From: Candidatus Heimdallarchaeota archaeon B3_Heim
Lineage (GTDB): Archaea > Asgardarchaeota > Heimdallarchaeia > Hodarchaeales > Hodarchaeaceae
NCBI GenBank assembly: GCA_003144275.1
Contig: NJBF01000022.1
Span: 40,509-72,508 of the forward strand
DNA length: 32,000 nt
Direction of reading: 5' to 3'
In this document: one piece after another, positions 19,938 through 28,700 of the stretch
Layout of the letters: each line of letters begins with the position of its first letter
Numbering within the stretch: position 1 is the first letter of the stretch
Translations under genes and position numbers: made by a program
The notes under the pieces: model-generated
The model's input: only the letters and a program-made list of their open reading frames with translations
Database searches by the model: none
What the model was told of the DNA's origin: nothing

Positions 19938-20849
19938 ATGACATTACTTTCAGTCAAGGTGTTTGATGATGCGAATGAAGAAATTGTCTCTACAATTTCT
20001 GTCACTCCTGATAATTGTCAGACTTCTGCTTCTTTACCAGCCATTCGTAGGCTATTACTTCAGAATAATAATACTCAACCTATTCAAGGGTGGGTTTGTG
20101 GAGACAAGCTCCTAGCCTTTTCATATTTAAATTCACAAAAAGTACTTTTGCTTGCCATTGCCAGTAAAAATACTTCTTTCTCAAAACTTCAATCTTTTCT
20201 AGAATTATTAGGAAAATCCTACAAGCCAGGACTATTTGAAAAACATCAGCCTTCTTTCCAAAAAGATTTTCAGGACATCTGTGATTCTGTTGTTAGAATG
20301 GTGGATTCCTCAACGACACTAAGTATTTCATTATTAGGACTCGCTCGTTCGGGAAAGACAACTTTCATTCAACAACATATAATCGAACAGCAACTAGCAG
20401 GCTTTAATTCGTATAAACCAACAAGACTAGTTAACATCGTATCACATGAAAGGTCTACACCCAGTCCACATATACGTTTTTACGACCTTGGAATGGCTTT
20501 CCAACAACATTGGTGGAAATTTAGTACAGAGTCAGATGGTTATATTTTCTTTGTAGATATCTCAGATAATCGGTCTATTAATGCCTCAAAAGAATTATTA
20601 GAGGAAATTCGTAACTTTTGGGATTTGCCATATGTGATTGCTGCTAATAAAATTGATATTGGCTCCATCAAGAATGTGAGAAGATATCTTTCTAGGAAAT
20701 TACTTGTACCTATTCGATTGATTTACGAAACTGAATCCGTAACAGGAGTTGGCTTCGATCCTTTACTTGAGGGGATGCTTTCAGAGATTCATAAGAACAG
20801 ATCTTATTCCTCAATTATTCAGCCTCAGCCGACGAAGAACGAATTCTAA
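19938..20849 (+). CDS. Arf/Rab-like small GTPase with N-terminal longin-like domain
   Basis: G1 GLARSGKT, G2 YKPT, altered G3 YDLGMA, IFFVD, G4 NKID and G5-like ETES-TG. The N-terminal ~125 aa show a beta-beta-alpha-beta-beta-beta-alpha-alpha pattern by eye. ATG 19938 is preferred over TTG 19863. Confidence 0.72.
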   Translation: MTLLSVKVFDDANEEIVSTISVTPDNCQTSASLPAIRRLLLQNNNTQPIQGWVCGDKLLAFSYLNSQKVLLLAIASKNTSFSKLQSFLELLGKSYKPGLFEKHQPSFQKDFQDICDSVVRMVDSSTTLSISLLGLARSGKTTFIQQHIIEQQLAGFNSYKPTRLVNIVSHERSTPSPHIRFYDLGMAFQQHWWKFSTESDGYIFFVDISDNRSINASKELLEEIRNFWDLPYVIAANKIDIGSIKNVRRYLSRKLLVPIRLIYETESVTGVGFDPLLEGMLSEIHKNRSYSSIIQPQPTKNEF

Positions 20850-20921
20850 CGTTCTAGCTAGAAGATACTCTGCCGTAGAATTTATGAAGCATTCTACAAT
20901 CCACAGATAAGAACAGATTCG

Positions 20922-22217
20922 ATGGCGGTGTGTCTATTGACGAAAAAATTTCAATCTAAATCTGAGATTCAGAGGTTAGAAACAATCGTTTCGATCACCA
21001 ACGCATTTATTCTCTATGATTTTCAAACAATGTTGGATTATATCATAAAAACAGTTACTGAGAAGATAGATGCTGCGATTGGGGGGATTTTTCTATTAGA
21101 AAAGGATTCTGTAGTGCTTGTAGCGGAGGTGGGAGGAACTTTACCCCTCTATAATACCGTCAAACAACAAGCGCTGTTTACCTCAACTGGACAGTCGCAC
21201 GAAAAGAATTATTCTACCATAAAGGGTCTTGCAGCCCAAACAGTTCTTGAAGAAAAAACCATAGTTATAAATGATATATCAACTTTACAAGTATCTAAAA
21301 GGGCACAGAAAGTTGTGAAGGACTTAGGTATAACTAATTTATTATCCAGTCCAATATAATATCATAATATCCCACATGGAGTAATACAAGTAGCTCGTAC
21401 TGGAAATAAACCGTTTTCTATGGAAGAAGTTTCGTTTATTGATGACATTACCGCCGAGCTTGGTATCGTTATCATTCAAAAGGCTACTGATGAAAGAGTT
21501 AATGAAACATTGGATGAGGTAGAATTCATGGTGGACTTATTGACCCATGACGTCTCTAGTCAATCAATGATAATCTGGAGCTGTCTGGAAGAAATTAATT
21601 CTATGTTAGATCCACAAAATCTGGATGGAGAAATTTTTACACAAACAGCGATTCAGGCACTTACTCGAGTTCAAACAATTATAGATCAAGTGAGAGTATT
21701 ATCTAGTTTGAAGCGGCTTGGGAGGACCGATTATACTCCCATTGATCTTGGAGGTGTTCTCAACAGAGCTATTAAGTCAGTTAACTCTATGTTCCCAGAA
21801 GATAATCTAGACATAGAGGTTAGTATTTCTAGTTATAATATTTTCGTCAATGGGACGACAATCATCGATAATTGTTTCATGAATCTTTTACAAAACGCAG
21901 TAATAGCTGATAATCATTCCGTAAAGAAAATTAGAATAAACGTTACTGAAACGGTATCAGATGTAATTAAAATTGAGGTGGAAGATCATGGGGAAGGAAT
22001 TCCAGATGAGCTCAAACCTCGGGTATTTCAAAGGCTTTTTCGCGCACGATCGAAGGAGAAACCACAAGGTTCTGGGTTGGGTTTGTTCATTGTTAGGACA
22101 ATAATTGAGAAGTTCGAAGGTAAAATTAGAGTAGAAAATAGAGTTAAAAATGATTACACTCAAGGAACTCGGTTTATCATTGAATTACCAAGAATTGAGG
22201 TTACTCCTATTGATTAG
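20922..22217 (+). pseudogene. GAF-domain sensor histidine kinase interrupted by one in-frame TAA (21357-21359)
   Basis: Track ORFs 20922..21359 and 21420..22217 share a frame. Read-through gives LLSSPI*YHNIPHGVIQVARTGNKPFSMEEVSFI, which completes the GAF domain. H-box LLTHDV, N-box NLLQNA, DHGEGIP and GSGLGL are intact. Start may be TTG 20937 after a GGCGGTG SD-like motif. Confidence 0.8.
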
Positions 22218-23061
22218 AGGCTCTGGATCCAGTACTGAGAAGTGTGCTTCCCTCAGGAAGGCCCGTTTCTTTCGCAATTACTTCACATTTTAAGATTAAA
22301 AGGAAGAATATGTATTCAATATCATGTAAATCTTCAAAATTTGCCTGACCTTTACTTATTACTACATCAAACTTTTCAAGAAGGGAAATAAAATTAGGAT
22401 CACGTCGATCCCGTCCCACTTCATACAATTCGATCTGAGGAATGGAAGAAATTCCAACGGCCTCTGCGTCCAATCGCATTGCATCATTCAGAATCGGTTC
22501 CTTTTTAATAACAAACAATATCCGTTCAAGACTAAATTCTTGCAGGATTGTTTCTAGGAGTAATTTATCAAAAACAATCTCACCTGTATTATCAGCAAGA
22601 AATATGAGCGATTTCGCATTGGATAAACGCTTTCGTAAGAGATGGCTATGATCAACAGTTAAAGGAGTCTTCAAAAGTCGATTGAGTGTTTTTTTTATGT
22701 CAAATGGTTTTAAAGCCCCAAAATCGATAATGTTACCCGCAATTGCTAGTTTTGATACAGTTAAAAGCGAATCTTTTGCATTTTTCACTTCTTTTTGTAA
22801 ATCAGGATAGAGGTCGAGGATCATTTTATTGTACTTTACTTTTACCTCAGAATAAGGGTCATTATTCCCTGTAATTCGGCTGATTATCGCTTGAGTTTCA
22901 TAAGCAAGGAGGATTGTTCTTGTATTCCAATCAGACTTCTGGATAACTTGGAGAGTTTCCCGAAGAATTTGTTTTTGAACGGATATATCCTCTGTAGCTA
23001 ACCGTGCGGTTTGTAGAACTTGTTTTTGAATACATGGGATACAATCGAGATGCATTTTCAT
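22207..23061 (-). CDS. DUF89/ARMT1-like damage-control metal-dependent phosphatase
   Basis: CIPC N-terminal motif, AIAGNIIDFG, LADNTGEIVFD and SKGQANFE. ATG 23061 is preferred over TTG 23088. The 3' end overlaps the kinase 3' end by 11 nt. Confidence 0.88.
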   Translation of the reverse strand: MKMHLDCIPCIQKQVLQTARLATEDISVQKQILRETLQVIQKSDWNTRTILLAYETQAIISRITGNNDPYSEVKVKYNKMILDLYPDLQKEVKNAKDSLLTVSKLAIAGNIIDFGALKPFDIKKTLNRLLKTPLTVDHSHLLRKRLSNAKSLIFLADNTGEIVFDKLLLETILQEFSLERILFVIKKEPILNDAMRLDAEAVGISSIPQIELYEVGRDRRDPNFISLLEKFDVVISKGQANFEDLHDIEYIFFLLILKCEVIAKETGLPEGSTLLSTGSRASNQ

Positions 23062-23217
23062 GGTGATAACCACTTTAGAATTCAACATTGGGTTTAAGAA
23101 TTATCAATATAACTACGTTTACCAAAATGTAAATATACTTATGTAAACCTTCTTACGATGATATAAGCTAATAATAATGCGAATGCTTCAAATTAATCCT
23201 AAAAGGAGTAAAATGTT

Positions 23218-23949
23218 ATGGTGAAGGTGATTTTTCTCGATGATGGTGGTGTAATGAATGATAATAATCTTCGAGCATCCCAATGGAGAGAATTAATTGC
23301 TCAATACTTTTCTCCTCGATATGGTGGTACCATAAATATTTGGAAGTCGGCAAATAGATACGCTTTTACAAGGTTATGGAATAGATACCAACAAATCATA
23401 ACAGATACGCCTTTGATTGATTTTAACAAATTTTGGGAAGAAGAAATGAGTCAATGGCTTACTGAAATGTTTACTATAGCTGATATCAATCCACCTCCTG
23501 TCAATCAGCGGTACAAAATAGCACAAAAAGCAGAGGAATGGATTACTCCGAGAGTAAAATCTGCTTATCCAGGAATTATTGATGTTATAATGAACTTAAA
23601 AAACCAAGGTTATACCCTCTGTACTGCGTCTGGGGAAGTATCATGGTCATTGAAAGGTTATCTTACTGGAATGGGAGTCATTGAATGTTTCACGAAATTA
23701 TATGGACCTGATCTCATTAATACTTTAAAAGGAAGTAATGTATATTATGAAAATATTCTAAATGATTTGAAAATACTTCCAGCGGATACTCTTATTGTTG
23801 AAGACTCAGCGACTCAAATAAAGTTCGCTAAAGAACTAGGGATTAACACGATTCATGTTTTGAATTCCCTAAAGTGTGAGGAACTGTCTTGTGATTATCA
23901 CATAAACAGGCCCAGTGAATTAGAAGATTTGATGGATAATATTGATTAA
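23218..23949 (+). CDS. HAD-superfamily hydrolase
   Basis: Motif I variant IFLDDGGVM, motif II CTASG, motif III K (TLKGS) and motif IV VEDS...AKELGINTI. Confidence 0.75.
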   Translation: MVKVIFLDDGGVMNDNNLRASQWRELIAQYFSPRYGGTINIWKSANRYAFTRLWNRYQQIITDTPLIDFNKFWEEEMSQWLTEMFTIADINPPPVNQRYKIAQKAEEWITPRVKSAYPGIIDVIMNLKNQGYTLCTASGEVSWSLKGYLTGMGVIECFTKLYGPDLINTLKGSNVYYENILNDLKILPADTLIVEDSATQIKFAKELGINTIHVLNSLKCEELSCDYHINRPSELEDLMDNID

Positions 23950-24019
23950 AATATCAGAAAAGGAAAGCACTACTAAAGATAAAAACCTTAACTAGATCAA
24001 TCAAAAAATTGGGGTTAAA

Positions 24020-24532
24020 GTGAAGTCTCAATCAGAAAACTTTCTCAAACAGATAACAGGACAAAATTCGATCGCTATAAACTTTATTTGCTCTGGTAAT
24101 ATTATTCGCAGTCCATACGCAGAAATTTTATTTGAACATATGATAAAAATGACAAATACCAGTTTAGCTAAAAGAGTTCGAGTTGAATCAGGAGGAGTGA
24201 GATACCGTAACTCTAAAATTTCGGAAGAATCCGCCACAATGCTACTTAAGGAAGGAATTAATCATAAAAGAATTGATCAGTTTACTCCTAGGTATTTTCC
24301 TGATTATCCTAGAATGTTTGACTCGGTGGATCTAATTCTGGTAATGGAACGATCACATCTAAGATCTATACCTTCTAAATATAAAGAAAAAACTTTTTTA
24401 CTTTTAGAATTTATTTATGGACGAAATGAGGATGTTCCCGATCCCTATTTCGACCCTCCCTTTGAGAGATCATTTATAATGATTAAGAAAGCGCTTCAAA
24501 CTTTCACGGAAATGTTAATTGGAACATTCTAA
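24020..24532 (+). CDS. Low-molecular-weight protein tyrosine phosphatase family
   Basis: P-loop FICSGNIIRSPYAE (CX5R), VESGG, DLILVME and DVPDPYF. Confidence 0.88.
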   Translation: MKSQSENFLKQITGQNSIAINFICSGNIIRSPYAEILFEHMIKMTNTSLAKRVRVESGGVRYRNSKISEESATMLLKEGINHKRIDQFTPRYFPDYPRMFDSVDLILVMERSHLRSIPSKYKEKTFLLLEFIYGRNEDVPDPYFDPPFERSFIMIKKALQTFTEMLIGTF

Positions 24533-24628
24533 AAAGTAATCGTTTAATTCGAACAGAAACAATTAAATCTACTTTTGTCAAGACTCGAGGAAATTATCCT
24601 AATATTCAATATAATGGAGGAATTTAGT

Positions 24629-25123
24629 ATGACAAGCGGAAAGAAGAGTTCAGAAAAGCTTACGGAATTAGAATGGCATAGAAAAATGGCTGCTCAGCTT
24701 TTCAACCTCACATGGAGTTTAATAGATAAAGGAGAAAATCGTTCTCAAGAGGAAAATGACGATATGATTCACTCAGCTCATGCCTCTCGCTATCACTGGA
24801 CAGTAGTAGTACATTCTGAAGAGTATCCCAAAGCTGGACCAATGAATCTTGAAAGAGGGGATTGGCAAATTTCTCGAGTATATGCTTTGTTGAAACAACC
24901 CGAAGCGGCTCTCTATCATGCACAAAGGTGTCTTGAAATCTGTGAGGAGAATAATATTGGCGATTTCGATATTGCTTTTGCTTATGAAGCAAAGGCTCGA
25001 ACATTATCTTTAGTAGGTGATAAAAATGTTAGCAAATTCATTGAAAAAGCTAAGGAAGCTGCTAACGCTATAGCTAAAAAAGAGGATAAAGATTATTTTT
25101 TAAGTGAATTAGCGTCGATCTAG
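24629..25123 (+). CDS. Conserved hypothetical alpha-helical (TPR-like) protein
   Basis: GGAGG SD at 24616-24620 before ATG 24629. Sequence includes FNLTWSLID, HASRYHW, RGDWQISRVY and AYEAKAR. Function unknown. Confidence 0.7.
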   Translation: MTSGKKSSEKLTELEWHRKMAAQLFNLTWSLIDKGENRSQEENDDMIHSAHASRYHWTVVVHSEEYPKAGPMNLERGDWQISRVYALLKQPEAALYHAQRCLEICEENNIGDFDIAFAYEAKARTLSLVGDKNVSKFIEKAKEAANAIAKKEDKDYFLSELASI

Positions 25124-25229
25124 GAATTATAAGGTTACCCCCACTATTCCCCATTATTTACATAAAAGAATCGAATAATATCCCTCCAGATCTTCAGAAT
25201 TCTGTTATCACTATACAAGGAGGATAACA

Positions 25230-25541
25230 ATGTCACTGGATCAAATTAAGATACCTGATAATGTAGTGTACGTAGATGGGCCTCGCAATATGCACAAGGT
25301 CTTTGTTGCTACCTTAAGCACCTGTATGTGGTGTAAGAAAGGGAAAGAATGGTTAAAGAACAATGGTTATGCCTATTCTTATCTGGATGTAGATCAAATC
25401 CCACTCGAAGAGAAGAATCGTTTGAAAGCTGAACTACATTCCACTTTTGGAGTGCGTCCTCGCTTTCCTTTTATTGTTGTTGACAAATTGGCTGTTGATT
25501 CCGGTTACAATCCTGATATTTGGGAGGATATGCTGAAATGA
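25230..25541 (+). CDS. Glutaredoxin/NrdH-like CxxC oxidoreductase
   Basis: TLSTCMWCKKGKEWL, YLDVD and FPFIVVD (cis-Pro motif). Confidence 0.85.
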   Translation: MSLDQIKIPDNVVYVDGPRNMHKVFVATLSTCMWCKKGKEWLKNNGYAYSYLDVDQIPLEEKNRLKAELHSTFGVRPRFPFIVVDKLAVDSGYNPDIWEDMLK

Positions 25542-25861
25542 ATAAAAAATCATATGAAGACGTTAGTTCTTATGTCTCCAAGATCGCAGAGCGGAAAGGG
25601 TGGATATTGAACGATAATTCCCAGACTTTGCGTGATCTTGTTGAAGGATTAATGCAAAATTTTAACAGACACGGGTATTATAATTGTCCGTGTCGAGATT
25701 CTCAAGATGATCGTCATCTAGATCGCGATATCATTTGTCCATGCAAATATTCAGAACTAGATATCCAAGAATTTGGATATTGTTACTGTGCGCTATATTT
25801 TGATCCATCGACTGATTTAGGTGGGCGAATCGGGATGATCCCTGAACGGAGACCAGAATAA
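25538..25861 (+). CDS. Ferredoxin:thioredoxin reductase catalytic subunit (FTR-c / FDR-like)
   Basis: YYNCPCR, DIICPC and CYCALY (CPC/CPC/CxC). ATGA overlap with the glutaredoxin stop at 25538-25541. Confidence 0.88.
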   Translation: MNKKSYEDVSSYVSKIAERKGWILNDNSQTLRDLVEGLMQNFNRHGYYNCPCRDSQDDRHLDRDIICPCKYSELDIQEFGYCYCALYFDPSTDLGGRIGMIPERRPE

Positions 25862-25897
25862 AGATCTTTTACTACTTCCTGAAAATGAAAGACCTTC

Positions 25898-26905
25898 TTG
25901 GTAAGTGTGGTTATGGGGTTAAAAGCAAGATTTGTCAAAAAAATGTTAAGTACAGTAGGGAAGAGAGACTTTCAGCAACTTATTGATAAGGAAGAGCAAT
26001 TAACTCAGGTAACTAATACCTATCAGAGTGTAGAAGATTCTCCAAAGCGTTTCGAAATTGTATTCGAAGCAATCGAATATCCAGCAGATAAGCTCAAGCT
26101 GTTTTCCTCTCTTAGAACAATGAAAAAAATTCCCTCTATTATTAGAAACATCACCAAATCTCTGACTTCAATCAATAATAATCCTAAAGAACCAAAAGAT
26201 ATGATTAATGATGATTTCTTGCAGCGGTTTGAGGAATATGCTAAGTCTTTGAATGTTGCTTCTGTGGGATATACAAAATTACCAAGCAAATTAATTTTTA
26301 AGGAAAAAGCAGTACTAAACAACAATGCAATAGTTTTAACCATGGAGATGGATAGAGAAAAAATAGAGCAGGCTCCAAGTGATAAAACGGCAACTATGAT
26401 AATGAAAACCTATGATGAGCTTGGGAAAGCTTCAAATAAATTAACAGAGTTCATAAGAGAGCATGGATATTCCGCTCAAGCTGGACATCCATTAGGAGGC
26501 TTGGTTTTATATCCTCCACTTGCCGAATCTGCTGATTTAGGTTATCGAGGAAAACACGGTTTGATAATCACTCCTGAACATGGTTCACGTGTTCGTCTCA
26601 CTGCAATTTACACTAACATACAGAATTTACCGTTTGCGGAAAAAAATCAATACACAAAGGTTCAGGAATTCTGTGAAAAATGCTTTCGATGTGTACGGAA
26701 GTGTCCTGGCTTTGCTATTCGAGATTATCCCATCCAGAATGAAAATGGCCTCCTAACTCATATCATTAATAAGAATTGTTTTCCTGTATTTTTAGAATAT
26801 CATGGATGTTCTATCTGCTTGAAAGAATGTCCATTTAGTAGAGTGAAGTACAGCAAGCTCATGAAGCAATTTAACACTCAATCGCTTGATCCAGACCTTG
26901 TTTAG
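25898..26905 (+). CDS. Reductive dehalogenase / epoxyqueuosine reductase-like 2x[4Fe-4S] (cobalamin-type) protein
   Basis: LAESADLGYRGKHGLIITPEHGSRVRLTAIYTN, CEKCFRCVRKCP and C-x9-CSICLKECP. No Tat (RRxFLK) signal. Start may be ATG 25913. Confidence 0.8.
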   Translation: MVSVVMGLKARFVKKMLSTVGKRDFQQLIDKEEQLTQVTNTYQSVEDSPKRFEIVFEAIEYPADKLKLFSSLRTMKKIPSIIRNITKSLTSINNNPKEPKDMINDDFLQRFEEYAKSLNVASVGYTKLPSKLIFKEKAVLNNNAIVLTMEMDREKIEQAPSDKTATMIMKTYDELGKASNKLTEFIREHGYSAQAGHPLGGLVLYPPLAESADLGYRGKHGLIITPEHGSRVRLTAIYTNIQNLPFAEKNQYTKVQEFCEKCFRCVRKCPGFAIRDYPIQNENGLLTHIINKNCFPVFLEYHGCSICLKECPFSRVKYSKLMKQFNTQSLDPDLV

Positions 26906-26943
26906 CCATTTATACTAAAATATAAAAATAATTTTTCTTTCTT

Positions 26944-27204
26944 TCAGTCAATTAACTCATTTATTTTGTCCTTGAGTAAAAAAACTGGGGCTATTTCTCC
27001 ATTAATCAGTATTGTTCGTCCTGACACTCCAAGCTCTCTTACTCTATTAGAATCAGAAGTTATACTAGTAATGTGGATCTGACCTTTATATTCGTTTAGG
27101 ATATCCCAAACACGATCCATCCAGATCGAGAATGAACAGCGACAAACATCGTTTAGTGAAATTACTTCAATTTTGGGCTGTGTATGCTTCTTCTGACTAC
27201 TCAT
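26944..27204 (-). CDS. Small hypothetical protein, possible thioredoxin-like fold with CxC
   Basis: 86 aa with IEVISLNDVCRCS near the N-terminus and ELGVSGRTILINGE near the C-terminus; ATG start. Confidence 0.55.
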   Translation of the reverse strand: MSSQKKHTQPKIEVISLNDVCRCSFSIWMDRVWDILNEYKGQIHITSITSDSNRVRELGVSGRTILINGEIAPVFLLKDKINELID

Positions 27205-27356
27205 ATCAGAGAAACTCCTTGAAATGATAGTGAATGAGTATGTGACATATGCATCTTTTTTGAAGAGTGGGAAAAACTAAAATTTTAAACTTAATCATAA
27301 CCAGTAGGTAAGGAAACTTGAAGAATAGGAGCAACCACTGTAGTAAATTAGCAAAT

Positions 27357-27755
27357 ATGTACCAGAATCATCCTTTGAATGATTTTTATAAAGCAAAAAT
27401 TGCAATATCAGATAAAAATGCCGTTGTTACACTAGTATTAAAACCTAAATTTCATCACGCTGCGTCTGCTGTTCACGGATCAGTATACTGGAAATTACTT
27501 GATGATTCAGCATTTTTAGCCGTGAATTCAATGGTCGAAGATGTTTTTGTCTTAACTGCGAGTTTTACTATATACCTAATAAGACCAATAACAACTGGAA
27601 CATTAATTGCCAAGGGAAAACTGGCCAATGCTACACGAAGTCAATTTATTGGAGAATCTATACTTTATTCTGATCAAGAGGAAGAGATTGCACGTGGTAC
27701 TGGAGTATATATTCGAAGTAGAATTCCTTTGTCTCCTGAAGTGGGGTACCTGTAA
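27357..27755 (+). CDS. PaaI-family hotdog-fold thioesterase
   Basis: FHHAASAVHGSVYWKLLDDSA, LTASFTIYLIRP and IARGTGVY. ATG 27357 is preferred over TTG 27318. Confidence 0.87.
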   Translation: MYQNHPLNDFYKAKIAISDKNAVVTLVLKPKFHHAASAVHGSVYWKLLDDSAFLAVNSMVEDVFVLTASFTIYLIRPITTGTLIAKGKLANATRSQFIGESILYSDQEEEIARGTGVYIRSRIPLSPEVGYL

Positions 27756-28537
27756 CATTATTTAACACTTCAAACAAGTAGTGTAAATCCTACGAGGTAC
27801 CCGAGTAAAGATCCAATTAAGGGAATAAAAGCAGTAATTCTAAACAAACTTGGTAGAGGAAATGGATGCATCTTTTCTAACCGAGTTAGGTTATTTTCAT
27901 TTCGTAGAATAGCCAAGTCGTTATCCCCAGTAAGATAAAGTTGGTGAAGGATTCCTTGTTGTCTCGTAATCATCAGATTTCTTATCCAAGAGTAATTCAA
28001 CCAGCTCTTAATAATTGTTACTGCATTTGAGTAGACTCCAATTCCTATTAATGCAATTACTAATGTCATTCCTAAGGTGATAAACCAATTCGAATCTACT
28101 AGCGCTATTAGTAGGGAAAATAGGGTGGCGATGGAGAAAGGAAGAAGGAAAGCAATTAACATTGTTTCAATTAATAAGGGAGGAAAAGCATTGAATATAA
28201 AAGGGAAAATCCACTGTACCTGAAAGTCAACAGAAACTTTTTGTAATTTGAATGTCTACTCCCCATTATCAGCATTAAACTGAACGTACTCTTGCAATAA
28301 ATTCGTCTCTGTCAATCTTTCGACTAAGGATAAAGTTTGATCATGAAATTTAGACCACTTGTCCTTTGTAAAGAAGTACTTAAAGCTAAGGGTAAAAATT
28401 GCTGAAATTTGACCAAGAACTGATGTGAGAATAGAGATAATCACTAGCAGAGGGAAAAAATCTGATTGAAGGTCAGCTGGGCCAAGTAATTGTCCCTCCA
28501 AGAAAAAAGCAACCATAAATCAATCAACATCATGACT

Positions 28538-28553
28538 AAATTTGTCAGACAAC
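28538..28553. repeat. 16-bp inverted repeat, arm 1 (partner at 29932-29947)
   Basis: aaatttgtcagacaac. Its reverse complement gttgtctgacaaattt matches gttgtcagacaaattt at 15/16. Confidence 0.9.
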
Positions 28554-28700
28554 TCTTGAAAAAGAGTTCTGGACAGGATGAGTCACACATCCGCTATCCG
28601 GCAAGTGAGTCACCGCTGAAGGTGAACTGACCGTAGGGATTACTTGGCTGCGGTTAATATACCGCTGAAGGATATTACGGGCGGCATTATAATCAGCATT
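28544..28700 (-). ncRNA. Predicted omegaRNA/reRNA scaffold overlapping the tnpB 3' end (boundaries approximate)
   Basis: TnpB guide RNAs are known to derive from the right end. Hairpins seen on the minus strand: GCGGT-atatta-ACCGC, GGATG-tgtgact-CATCC and AACTCTT-tttc-AAGAGTT. Confidence 0.45.

Noticed and set aside
19938-21359. GTPase and GAF kinase as one fused gene (same frame)
   Set aside because: Two stops (20847, 20859) and a non-conserved-looking linker separate them, and an SD-like motif precedes TTG 20937. Sharing a frame has a 1-in-3 chance.
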